This document shows, piece by piece, positions 49,883 through 62,080 of a DNA stretch of 64,000 nucleotides. A model generated the notes under the pieces. It ran no database searches and had not been told where the DNA came from. It saw only the letters and a program-made list of their open reading frames with translations. Position 1 is the stretch's first letter. Each line of letters begins with the position of its first letter. The DNA is from Pseudogymnoascus verrucosus (Eukaryota): assembly GCA_001662655.1 (NCBI GenBank), contig KV460254.1. One strand, given 5' to 3'. Position numbers and translations under genes: made by a program.

Positions 49883-51280
49883 TTACACAGGTTCATACGA
49901 CCATTCCTCCACGGCTGCCAATAATATGGCCAATGAAAAGGGGCTGAAAGCCAAAAACGTCAACCTCTTGCCATCAACCATGAGCTTGCCACGCCGACGC
50001 TGTGTAACAAAACCTATACCACGCGTCATTACTGGCCTTGTCTGGAGCTTCTGCAATGGAGGGAAACTTACCTGTTGCTTAGCCACATTCTGTGCCACAG
50101 TTTCCGCAGATCTTGCCGCGGATAACCCAGACTTCGATCCCATTTGCAAAACAGGTAGGGCATTTTACGCCGGCGATCTTTGGGTTGTCAGTTTGGCTCT
50201 GCGTCTTATTATGGAGTCACCTACGGGCATCTGTGTGATGCCAGGCACTGGAGTCTGAGAGAACTGTGAAGCTTGGGAGGTCGCATGATCCTCTTGAGGG
50301 AGGATGTTGATTGATACGCGAGGAAGCATGGTGCTTGGAGCGCTTTGTTGTGGGGAGTCGCAATGAGTTTGATAAAGTTGCGTTGAAGTTCAGTATTCTG
50401 GTCTATGTGTTGCTGTTGATGTCTCAATTTCAAGGGAAATTCGCTGGGCTTTATACTTCGATGGGGCATTGGGACGGGAAGTGAGAAAGGGCTTCTCAGA
50501 GAAACGATTGTCCCTTGGGGGTCTGCAACTGCTTGACTGGGAGAGGGTATTCCCAGCGAAGAGATTGTCCCGCCGGGGTCTGCAACTACGGCTGAGGCAT
50601 TTCGATTCAACCACGGGTACCTAACTAGGGATTGCGATCTCTACGCCTTTGGCACAATATCTCGTTGAAGTCTCGGAGCTACACGATGGGCCTGACACGG
50701 ACTGGGACCCCCACAATATCAGTCAGTCCTATAGACACGATGTATGAGGATGATCTTTACATAAGCGGCGTTCAAGTCCAATCACCTAGAACTCTTGTCG
50801 GCAGTGATAGTCAAAGAAAACGAGCATCAAATGCTTGGTTTTGAATCCATGAACCATCCTGTATCCGGAGCGAATGTGGCGGTTTTACAATGCTGTAATA
50901 GGCGTCGAGAGAAGCTTCACTTGATGAAGCTACCACACTAGCTGCAGATGTGGAGTCGGACACATCTAAAGTCACTGATCATCTTCTTCGTCCATGCGAA
51001 TGTCCATATCGCGTTTTCTAAAAGAAAGATGCGATTGGGGCGAGTAAAGGGGCTTTCAATCGTCCGAGCCCAGCGATACGCGGATCACGGACCGTCCCCG
51101 CGTACTCGTGTGTTTACAGCGTATAAAAGACGACATCAACTAGAATGCCCGCGCTTGTAATCCAGATACATTTAGTGGATTCCGGGCACGGTCACTTCAT
51201 AATTGAGATCTTCAGATAAAGCTAGTCATCTGCTCACTTCTGCCAAGGCCGCGAGCAGCTGTCACTTTTGGATCTGCCAT
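49883..51280 (-). pseudogene. possible decayed gene, family unrecognised
   Basis: Strong CACCATGG context at 51280 (MADPKVTAARGLGR). Protein-like fragments in shifting frames. Internal direct repeat with a 57-nt (19-codon) period at 50506/50563. Confidence 0.25.
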
Positions 51281-53172
51281 GGTGATGGGATCTGAGATGT
51301 CCGCTCGCACAGGATATGTTTTGAGCACATAAACCCGCTGTGGATTCGAGCTAAACAAGCGCTCGGTTGCAAAAAAAAACCATCGTGTGACTTGCGTTTT
51401 ATGCAATGCCATCAACCATCCCGCGGTTCTATCTTATCACATATCACCGCCGTATCGAAAAATAATCGGATTCTGATAACAGCGGCTGTTCAGCGGGACA
51501 GGGGTAAAACCGTAATCGGATATCCTCCGAACAAGCTGGTTTTTTGGGATGGGATGGGTTGCTATGCATGCACGACCGCGAACCGCTGATATTTGTTTTG
51601 GAAGCGGGATAATCTTTGAATATCAAATCACTATACGAGGGCTTAATGTCAATTAAGTTACTCTAGCTGTGGCGTCCAGAGAAGTGTTTTGAGAGTGAAA
51701 TTCGTATTGAATCTTCCACACTGAACCAATCAGCTCCACAAGAGTCATGTCTCATTAGCACGGACGTTTCCACAGCTAAGGATGCACGTTTGCAACAGCC
51801 CCAGTTCAAGGACGTCATTAAATTAGGGGTGTGGGACATGGCAGCTGTCACAGCCTTCTTTGTCACTAGGGAACATAAGCCGGCCTTTGCTCGTTGAGCA
51901 AGGGGCTCAACGGCCAATGTAACTGCATAAGTGAGTATTAAGATGCATAGTCTACTCTGACGGTCTTTTCCGAACATTGCTTTGCTCTCAGTCCGTAGAC
52001 CCTTCAATGCGATGATGCATCCCAAGCAACTTGCGTAAACCCCACGCGTCGGGTTTCTTGTTTTAGCCTTTTACCTTACTTCCCTCGACATGTTGCTGAC
52101 AGATATGAAGCTCGCCTTCACCACTTTGCGCGATATATTTCTTTCAGTCTGCCTCCGCGGCCATGCCTTCGGAGCTTCTCCGGTTGCTACGTCAGCCAAC
52201 AAGCCAACCATTGACGATTGGACTATCGCGGAGGAGACTTCCGATCCTGCATGTCAACAATCCCATTAGTGCACCATCTTGCGCATGCACATTGGCCTTT
52301 AACGTCCTCCCCTCCCCCCGTCTTCCTGCATCTGTGAGACCCCGCCCCGGACCGCTCCCTTCCCGTGTGCTACCTGCCGCATTGTAAGACATCCCACGGA
52401 GCACTGCATCGGGGGGGCGTTTTCACTCGCAGGATCTCAGCGGCCTGTGACTGAGCAGATACTGCGGCAGTGCCCGCTGCTGGAGTGGTACGGGTTGATG
52501 CTTTTGGCATCTCGCGATGCGACGTCGTGGGGGCATGTGTTCTAGCATGAGGCGGGGAGGGGTCCTTCGACTGCAGCGCCAAGGGAATACTACTGTATGA
52601 TAGAATACATCGCTCGTCCTCCCGCTGCCGATTCATCACATATATGACAAGTCAGAAGGATGGGATGAGTGCCGGCGGTTAGCTTCACACACCCCTCCTG
52701 TTCTCCCTTGTCTGTACTTCAAGTGCCAGAGATCGGCACCCTCCTCGGTTAGCCGTCTACAGTAACTCAGGCCTGGCATTTAGGTTCTAGGGGCTTCGAG
52801 TGGAATGGCTTGATGGCGCTACATCCCTTCGGTAGGCGCCCTGTCGTCATGGATGGCAATGCTACGCTATAGAAGTCAGCGACATGCACTGGAGATCTGC
52901 AGCTGCTGGTTCGCTGCAACATGCACTTAGTAGCGAGCCACGGGGTCGCATAGAGGGCCCCAGGCCGCAGAGAGGGCTCTGCACTTGTGCGTTGTAATAA
53001 AAATCGATCGAAATTTGACGGGAACGACGGCTAGATAGTTTGTATGGTACCCAGATTATGCTACATCACCTTGGCGGTACGCCCCTTCAGATCCATTCGC
53101 CAGCTCTTCCTTGTGTCCGAAAGCCCCTTTCACCCCACGTCCCATGTGCCTCGCTCGGCCTCTACTCTACCC

Positions 53173-55628
53173 TCAGCGCTCTACCTTCTCCACGCTAATA
53201 AACAGCAGTCCATCCGTCGCCGCCCCCTTCGCGTCCCGCAGCTTCAAAAACCGGTACCCATTCTGGAGTCGATCAAGCCGCACACACGCCCACGCCGCCA
53301 ACGTATCCGTGAAGCCGTCATCCTCAATACGGAACCTGCATCACCATTAGCATCCATCCTGTTGCAACCCCACCAGTCCCCGCCCCCACCAACAAAAGAA
53401 AGTGGTGATGCCCAAAGACACACACGCCCAAGGAAGAAGATCCACCCCCGGAAAGTGCCTACTAACCTGACAAAACTCAGCTCTTCCACCACCCCCGGCC
53501 CCGCCCCGAGGAAATCAAGCCGCTCCCCCTCCCAATCCACGCTCGCCCCCCGCTTCGTCTCCGTATGCCTCTTCCACTCCTCGCCCGCCTTCTCCCCCGC
53601 CCTCTCCGCATGTACCTCGACCTTGACGCGCGCGCGCAGCTCCTCCTCCCCTAGGATGCGCTGTGCCGCAAAAATGCGAATCCGCAGGTCCATTAGCTTC
53701 CCCTCCACCTTATGCGCATCGAGCTCTGCGACCTCGGCACCCTCCCGCATCCCAGGCGGCTTTAGCACCCACCCGTCCGAGCCGTCGAACATGGCTTCGT
53801 TGAGCATGGTGCCGTGGTCCCAGACTTGCCAGTTTAGGGCGGCCATTTGGATGCCCTTGCGCCAGAAGCCGGAGGGATCGGGGTTAGAGGAGTCGATGCG
53901 GTGGCCGGCGGGGTAGGCGCGCATCATGTAGTTGCGGTTGTGGGCTAGGAGGGCGTTGGGCGAGGCGGCGAAGAGCTCGAGGATGTCGCCTTCGGAGAGG
54001 GAGTAGATGTGTGATGGGATCGAGGCGGAGGGGGCGGTGAGGGATGAGAAGTGAGAGCTGTGTGTGTAGATTCCTAGCGCGGAGAGGGAGGGATGGATCC
54101 GCGCCTTGTTCTTTGGGGCGGGGGAGCGGGAGGGAGAATGGGAGAGGGATGGGGAACGGGAACGTGAGGATACTGATAGGGCGTCGAGAGCGTCGTGGGA
54201 GGTGGTCGGAGTTAGGGGTGTAGAGATAGTGGTGGTGGGGGTGAGTGTGGAGGGGCGCGGAGAGAGCGTCGTGCTTGCAGTCGTGCTTGCAGTCGTGCTT
54301 GTTGTCAAGCTTGTTGTCAAAGGCGTGATGGGGTTGCTGCTGGCAGTCATGCTAACATCGGGGCTCGGAGTCTCGGTTGGTGCGACCTCAGCACTTCTCT
54401 TAACCTTGATGAGGATCTTATTCAGGAGCTCATCGAGACGCGGCAGGCGTTCCTCGGGGTGACAGGTCGGGTGCGCGGTGTCGACAAGAACGCCCGCCCA
54501 CTCCTCTTTCATGATCTGCACCATCACCTCCTGCTGATCCACATCGCAGCCCACTTGCAAGCTAACAATGAGCGGCAGGTTCGACGTCTGAAACGCACTC
54601 TCGCGCACGGCGCGGCACACTTCGCGAAAGCCGACAGCGCGCGTTAACGTCCAGGCATGCAACACAACCGGCTCTCCCTTTAAGATCGAACTCGAGCGCC
54701 CCCTCGAGTCCTTCTCTCCAGACTCATCATCTAAATCGGAATCGTCGTCGCTGCTGCTGCTGCTGCTGTCGGCGTCGCTCGTCTTCTCACGACTGATACT
54801 CGGCACATTGCTCGCCGTCTTCTTGTGCCCCAGCCTATGTCCCAATCCCGACTTCTCATCTGCGGCCGCGTGCTCTTTTTTGTCATCGCTCCGACCCCAG
54901 GGAATCTTGCCCTTCAAGGAACCGAGCTTCGCTTTGTACTCAGCTTTATACATGCGCTTGTACTTTTTCTTCGCCTGTATGGCAGATACGGCGAGGTCAG
55001 ACGGGGTGGTGCCGGTGATATGAGGGATGCGGGAGGAAACGGACACAGGTTCGCCGTTGTGGACATCGATTTCGATGCATCGACAGCCGCGGATGAGGAC
55101 CTATATATCAATTAGCACAAATAAACTTTATCCCCCCACCCCACCAAGTCTTCGAGCCGACCGGGCACTCACATTTTTATAAGCATCTGTCGTACTCTTG
55201 CTCATAAGCTGGTTCCCGCTCAGATACGTATTATGGCTGCTGCTGATATAATAACTGCTGATCGGCTTCCCCAAATCCTTATTCCCCGCCAGCGCGCCCA
55301 CGCCCTCAAACCCACCCCTCATCCACAGCAGCGCCAGCCAGTCCGCAAACGTATACTCCGCGACATCCTCGCTGAGCGGAATATCCTGCCCCTGCACATC
55401 CTTCAGGAAAGCCACCAGCGCCTCGCGCGACACGAACTGCGACTCCCCGCACAGCGAAGTGTAGATCTTCCTCAAGTGCGCTTGCACGGGATGCGAGAGG
55501 TAAGGGACCGTAGGCGGCGAGGGCGCCGTGTGGTGGTGCGTCGGAGCCATGAGGGTTGTCATTGAGACGAGGGAGTGGAAGGAGAGGTGGTGTTTCTGCG
55601 CGACGCTGTGGTGGGGGAGGGGTGCCAT
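53173..55628 (-). CDS. phosphoinositide-specific phospholipase C (X, Y and C2 domains), 3 exons
   Basis: X box YYISSSHNTYLSGNQL...|VLIRGCRCIEIDV...EPVVLHAWTLT, KILIKVK. Y box MRAYPAGHRIDSSNPDP..FW..GIQMAALNWQ..D..MLN.AMF....GWVLKP. C2 end RLDRLQNGYRFL; stop at 53173. Confidence 0.92.
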
Positions 55629-56620
55629 GGGTTTTCCTGGGTGCGGGGTCAGCGGTGCGGGATTTAGGCGATGGGGATGCGGGAGGGATGGTGCTTACGG
55701 TGAGACGACGTGGCGATGGCTACATGCGCTCTCTCGCTGGTACCAGGGCGAGCGGAGGAGGGATGCTGGCGGCGAGGGGAGGTTGTTTTCGAGGTTGATG
55801 AAGGATTATCGTTGTATGTGTTGTCTCCACTGTGTGTCTCCACTGTGGTTCCTGGCTTAGGCCTTGGTGAGCCTTGTCAGAAGTTATCGCGGTTGTTGCA
55901 GCGATTTGGTCAATCTCTCAAAGTATACCAGATGAACAGAGAATATTCGGAGAAAACTCGTATCATATAAATACTATGTACAACCCAAATCCCAGCCTGA
56001 CGGAGGATATAAATCCTTTCCTTGTGGACAACTCAGCCTCAGTCTCTCAGCCTCGAGCTGAAAGAATTGCGGGGACGGTCTAGACCCTTTCTACGTCATT
56101 GATAGGTACACCGGCCCGCGAATGAGAGCCTGCCAGCCTTGTGTCTGCCGAGCGGCACATCGTAGAGTGCTGACTTACAATAACCACTATTATCAAGGTT
56201 ATGCGGAGGTGTTTCAGAGAGACCAGCTGGAGTGATAGGGTGAGACGCCGTCTTAAACTTTGCTGCGCTTCTTACCGCGGTGCTGCGCCAATGTAGGCGG
56301 CCGAGTGGTCGGCCAAGAGGCGGCGCCTAGGGACGGCCCGCCCTAGGGTCACAACATCGTCCTTCGGCGGGGAAATGGATTGGTGCTGATTGATTTTGCT
56401 AGGAATTGAGTTTAAGCATTGCGGAGTGGCTAACGGCGAGGCATTTCAACTCCGTATCCGTGGCCTTTGTCTTCGGGGAGGACGCCAGAGTCTCACTGCA
56501 TTTACCCCTCGCCGAATGACGCATCCAGCAACCATCAACACCACCACATAAAAAGGCGACCAGCGCACAACCGTATCCCCCATTCCAAAGACCCCATCTC
56601 CTCCTTCACCAAAATCAATA

Positions 56621-57451
56621 ATGGCTCCAACCCCGCCACCCTCCTCCGTCCTCACAGCCTTCTCCCTCACCACCCCCCCAACCCCCCTCCCCGGCGGCCA
56701 AAACACCTCCTTCCTCAGCGGCACCACAGTCCTCAAACACATCCCTCCCACCCCCACCTCCGAAGCAGAATGGACATCCCACACCCTCTCCCTCCTCCCT
56801 CCCTCCCCCCACTTCACCATCCCCACCCCCCTCCTTGCCTCAACCGGCTCCTACGTCCACGAGAACTGGACCGCAACCACCTTCTACCCCGGCACAGCCC
56901 ACCCCGTCGGCCATTGGGACGCCCTATTCTCAGCAGCGCGGCACTTCCACGCCTCTCTCGACGGGATCCCAAGGCCGGACTTTCTGCGCAAACGCACGCA
57001 TCCGTGGGCAAGGGCTGATGGCGTCGCGTGGGGTGAGGAGTCCGTCGATATCGTTCCGGCTCTGGCACCGCTGTATTCGCGCCTCGTATCTCTACGCAAG
57101 GAAGTGGGCGTAGTGATAGCGCAGCTCGTGCACGGGGATTTAAGCGGGAACATCCTCTTTTCTGACGACAAGCCTCCCGTGATTATCGATTTCTCTCCCT
57201 TCTATCGATGCGTTGATTACGCCGTCGCGATCGCTGTTGTAGACGGGATTGCGGATTTCGGGGAGGGAGAGGAAGAGGTCTTAGGCGCTTCCGGGCTGGG
57301 GACGGGGAGACATGCGGTGCAGATGCTAGTTCGGGCTCTGTTGTTTAGAGTCGTGGCGAGGAGTGAGCTTGTGGGTGTTATGGGGGAGGTGGGGGCGAGG
57401 GAGATGAGGGGGTTTGAGAGGGTGATGGGGGTTATTGAGAAGTATGTCTGA
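56621..57451 (+). CDS. aminoglycoside-phosphotransferase/kinase-fold protein resembling actinobacterial TIGR02569 family
   Basis: PPSSVLTAF, PLPGGQ...VLKH, EAEW, FH..L....RPDFL, PWARAD..AWGE, QLVHGDLSGNILF (Brenner motif), IIDFSP, QMLVRALLFR. Intronless, 276 aa. Confidence 0.8.
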   Translation: MAPTPPPSSVLTAFSLTTPPTPLPGGQNTSFLSGTTVLKHIPPTPTSEAEWTSHTLSLLPPSPHFTIPTPLLASTGSYVHENWTATTFYPGTAHPVGHWDALFSAARHFHASLDGIPRPDFLRKRTHPWARADGVAWGEESVDIVPALAPLYSRLVSLRKEVGVVIAQLVHGDLSGNILFSDDKPPVIIDFSPFYRCVDYAVAIAVVDGIADFGEGEEEVLGASGLGTGRHAVQMLVRALLFRVVARSELVGVMGEVGAREMRGFERVMGVIEKYV

Positions 57452-57720
57452 TGAGGGGGTTATGGGAGCTGGGGGGGGGGTATGGATTTGTGTTGTGAGA
57501 ACGCCTGATTGAGAAGCCGAGGAATTATGGGATTTCTACCATGTCACGTCACTGCACACGCTAGAAAGGGATAATTGCAAACACAAGATATAGCTGTCAA
57601 TAAATGGTCTAGAAATTGCATATCCACATCCAACCAGGACCAAAAACACAAATCACAAAAATACCCCTAAATCTACCCCTTTTCCCCTCACATTATCCCA
57701 TTACCCCCCCCTCCCTTCTT

Positions 57721-57850
57721 CCCCCCTCCCCCACCTCACCAAACCTCTTCCACCTCGTCCCCCTTCACCTCTCTACACACCCCCCCCTCCCCCACCTCAC
57801 CAAACCTCTTCCACCTCGTCCCCCTTCACCTCTCTACACACCCCCCCCTC
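57721..57850. repeat. perfect 61-bp tandem duplication spanning the SPATA20-like stop codon
   Basis: 57721-57781 is identical to 57782-57842, followed by 8 nt (CCCCCCTC) of a third copy. Confidence 0.92.
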
Positions 57851-60822
57851 ACAAACCAACACCCTCTCGCCCTTCCCTCCCTCCGCCAGCTCCCCTAACC
57901 CCCTACTCCTCCCCCCAATCCACGCCCCATACCCGCCCCCCACAAAACTCACCGTCTCGATCCCCCCCTTCGCCTTCGGCCTCGGCCACGGCGGTAGTTT
58001 CGTCCCAGCCTTAGGGGCGGGGTGGGGTGTCTCCCCGGCTTCGACGAGGCCGCCTGAAGGCGTGGTGTCGAGGGCTATGGGGTGTCGTGGTGGGGTTACG
58101 TCGGTCGCGCTGGGGATGCTGGTGGGGGTGTCTGTGGTCGTGGAAGCGTCGGTGGAAGATCCCGTGACAACATCCATGACAGAATCCGCGACAGCTGTCG
58201 TGATACCGGTCGTGGAAGCGTCCGCAGCAGCGGGGATAGCTGGCTCAGCACCAGCTGTTGCAGGAACAGCAACTGCGGTACCATCCGCTGCCGCAGACGC
58301 GGGCGCAGGAGCAGCCGCATCAGCAGCAGGAGCAGGAGCAGAAACACCAGTCTCCACCATAGGAGCTGCCGTACCTGCTGTCACGCCAGGCACAACCGGC
58401 TCCCCCGCCCCCACCCTCACCACCCCCCTAACCCCCGTCACCCCCGCCACAACACTAGGCATAAAACTGCCAAACAACCACGGATACTGCATAATCTCCG
58501 CCTCAAACGCGCTCACCGTCTCCTTCGCAAGAGCTTCGTACTTGTCGTCCCCCAGCAGGCTGGCGAGCCGGAACAGGTTCGAGGCCGAGACGCCGTTGGT
58601 GGAGGGTTCGGAGGCGTCCATGCCGTCTTTGAGGCGGAGGATGGTGTGTGGGGCGGCGGCAGCGGTGGCGAAGAAGCCGGAGGAGAGGGGGTCGAGGAAG
58701 TGGGTTATTTGGGTTGCTGTGTGCGCGTTAGCTTGGGTCCAAGATATCCAATCTTCCTAGCCACATGACGAAGCCGTGGGGTAGGGAAGGGCGGGGGGGT
58801 TAGAAAGGGAGACAGAGAAAGGGGCAAAGAGGGAAAGAAAAGAAAATCACTCACCCTGCAGCTCATCAGCCCACCTAACCCACTCATCCTCAAACGTCGC
58901 CTCATACAGTTCCAGCAGCCCCTCAACCAAAAACGCATAATCATCCGCAAACCCCGCCGTCTCCCCCGGCCCATCGCGCCACACCCTCCTCAGCGTCTTA
59001 GCATCCTCATCATACATCTCCCTCCTCACGAACCTCGCCGCCCTAATCGCAGCATCAAGACACTTCTCCGACATCTCCCCATCCACCTCCCTCAGCGACG
59101 ATCCCGCGCGCGCCAGCGCCCCAATCGCTATCCCGTTCCACGCGCATACAATCTTATCATCCAGATTCGGAGCGACGCGCTCGGCTTCTCGGTGCGCGAG
59201 AAGGGTGCGCTTCGCGGCCTTGATCGTCTCCACGACCTCGGACTCGGAGATGCCGAATTGCGACGCGAGTTGCGAGGGGGTGGAGGCGATGCGGAGGACG
59301 TTCTGGTTGATGAACTCGTCGTGCACGTCGTGGCTAGGCGCTACATTGCCATCGGGACTCACACCGAAGAACGCGGATACGATATCCGCCGCGCCGCCGC
59401 TGGGGAGGAGAGTCTCCAGCTCGCGCGCAGTCCAGACGTAGTACGCCCCCTCGCGCGTCTCCTTATCCCCCTTGCGGTAAAACGAATCCGCATCCTGGGA
59501 GCTGTAAAATCCGCCCCCCTCTCTCGCAATGGGCGCAGAAGTCAAATACGCAGCGAGATCGTAAACAACGCCCAGAAGCTCCGCGTCCGGTTTCTGCAGC
59601 CCGAGAAAGGCGTCCAGGTACACATGCAGCAGCTGCGCGTTGTCGTACAGCATTTTCTCAAAGTGCGGCAGCGACCAGTCCGCCGTGACGCTGTAGCGCG
59701 AGAAGCCGTGGCCGATGTGATCGTGGATCCCTCCCCTCGCCATGGCGCGCAGGCTGGAAAGCGCCATGAACTGCGCAGATTTGACCTCCTCCGCGCCGAC
59801 AACATCAAGGACCGGCTGCGGGAAATGCGGCAGCCGGAGCAGGAAGGACAGTTTGCTGGGCGTGGGGAACTTGGGCGCGGCGCCGAAGCCGGAGTTGGTC
59901 GTGTCGAAGGTGGACATGAGGTGCTGGTAGGCCTCATCGATGACATCGAGATCCAACCCCCCTGCTGCTGGCTCGGCGCCCGCTTTGGTAGCGCTGCCGC
60001 CGCCGAGAGTGCCCTCTGCGGCGAAGTCTTTGAGCTGCTGTAGGATCTGCGCGGAATCGAGACGGCATCTGGATTCCTGCTCGCGCCAGGCTTGGGAGAG
60101 CTTGCTGAGGATGCCGAGGAAGTCGACGTGGTCCTCGAGTTCGAGCTGGGGGGTGTTGGAGTGCGGGCCGTGCCAGTACGTGCCTCCAAACACCGGCTCG
60201 AGGGTCGGGGTGACGAAGACATTGAGAGGCCAGCCGCCGGACCCGGTCGTGGCTTGCACGAAGTTCATGTAGATGCGGTCGATGTCTGGGCGCTCTTCGC
60301 GGTCGATCTTGATGGGGATGAAGTCCTTGTTGAGGATCGCGGCGACTTCGTCGTTCTCGAAGGATTCTTTCTCCATTACGTGGCACCCTGGGTTATGTTA
60401 GCTGGGTATATCGGACGCCGAGGGGAGGGGTAAGGAAACGTACAATGGCAAGCGCTATACCCAATACTAATAAACAACAATTTATTCTGCTTCTTCGCCA
60501 ACTCAATCGCCTCATCCCCAAAAATCTGCCACGCAACTGGATTATTCATATGCCCACGCACCTATCCACCAGTCAGTCAGTCAGCCGCGGTTCCATCCCC
60601 ATCCTCCACCTCCACAGCGCCGGCAAAACTCACATAAGGACTCCTACTCTCCCCCGCCCTATTCCTCAGCGTCGTCACAGCGGGGACATCTTCCTTCGCC
60701 GCCGCCGCGCCGGCATCAACAGGAGCAGCAGTCTGCGCTCCCACGCCCCTCTCCTCCCTCGCCTTGAACCCCAGCTTCTCCGCCGCTTCTCCTAACATCG
60801 ACTTCCCCTCCGCGCCGACCAT
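57797..60822 (-). CDS. SPATA20/YyaL-like protein (thioredoxin-like DUF255 domain plus (alpha/alpha)6 barrel), 4 exons
   Basis: NRAGESRSPY|V..H..NPVAW, SIGYSACH|WCHVMEKESF, KIDREERPDIDRIYM, GGWPLNVF, GFGAAPKFP, PHFEKMLYDNAQL, DDKIVCAWNG, GFADDYAFL, DASEPSTNGV. Confidence 0.93.
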
Positions 60823-62080
60823 GACGACAACGAAACAAACGGTGTAGTGCTAGACGTCTCTTCTCTTCTCCAAACAACGTAGTAGCAGCTCTAGTCCAGA
60901 GCGATAAGAGGTAGGTAGTAGTTCGTCGTTGAGGGTAGCGCAGTGGTCTTTTTTTTTGTATGTATGTACTGCGGGAAGGGCGGACGTTGCGTGTGCGGCG
61001 GATTAATGGGGGATCGAACCCGGGTAGCTGTTCGCTCGCTCGCTCGCTCGCTCGTCGTTCCCCGCCAGTCCGTGCGGGTGGAGGAGGGGTTGCGGACTCG
61101 ATTTGGCATGGCGTCATGGCGTAGTGTGGGTGTGGTGATTATGTAATGGGAATCGTGGAAGTCATCGGATAAATGTAGCGGTCATGGGAGTTAGTCAATG
61201 CTAGAGGTAAATTGATGCCCACAATATAATTATATTCACGCTAGCAATTGCGATGATTTTTGTTGAAGAATTACTGGTATCAGTTTCACGTTTAGATAGT
61301 ACCGGGGAGAAATTGTAGAGAAAGGTCTGTAATTCCGGATCGAGAAGCTAGCTACAGTAGTATACCCAGCCCAGCCTCAGACCACCATCCTACAGCTTCT
61401 CCAGTGTCATAAATGTGTTCAATCACAACCACCACCCCAAAAAAATCACACAATTGAAGTAGCAGACTTTTTTCATATTCATTCACTCATCCCTAACCCA
61501 TCCCATCTCCATCTCATCCCAGAAAAAAATCCCCTCCAAGACTCGATAAAGATAGGAAACAGAAGCCCAAGAATCGCATCCACACCCAGAGTCATCGTCG
61601 GACAAACACGCAGTAAAAAAACTGGTTACTGTACAAGAAGTGAAAACAAATGTAGATTTTTGAATGATAAAAAGGTGTGTTCGTTGTATGCCAGCCGCTC
61701 AGGCCGTCCTGCACCAGAGTTGTTTTTGTCATGAGGTACAGGCCGTCAATGGCCGTAAAGAATGGTCCAGAAGTGAAGATACAAAAAAAGGTAAGACGCG
61801 CCGCCCTGGGCATCGTCGTCCTCAAAACCACCAAGCCACACCAATGCAGGATTTCTAAATGCTCGCGACGCGCGTCAGTGGATGTGGGATTGATACCCGA
61901 TCAGCCCCCAACCGTCTGCCGCCCGCTGAAGGAAAAAAATCAAGTTGCGTAGCACGCTCGCGGAGCATGCTGAAAGAAGCGAAGAGCGAAAAGGGGGTGT
62001 AAAAATGTGTTGATATCCGACGACTCTCTGTGCGTACTGCGTTCTTGGGAAAGAAGAGGAATGTGCGCAAAAGGGGGCGT

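Noticed and set aside
49893..49910. CATACGACCAT resembling the 5' end of fungal 5S rRNA
   Set aside because: Similarity stops after about 11 nt.
61008..61060. GGTTCGATCCC T-loop-like motif on the minus strand suggesting a tRNA
   Set aside because: No D arm, anticodon arm or acceptor stem; the adjacent sequence is a (GAGC)n microsatellite.
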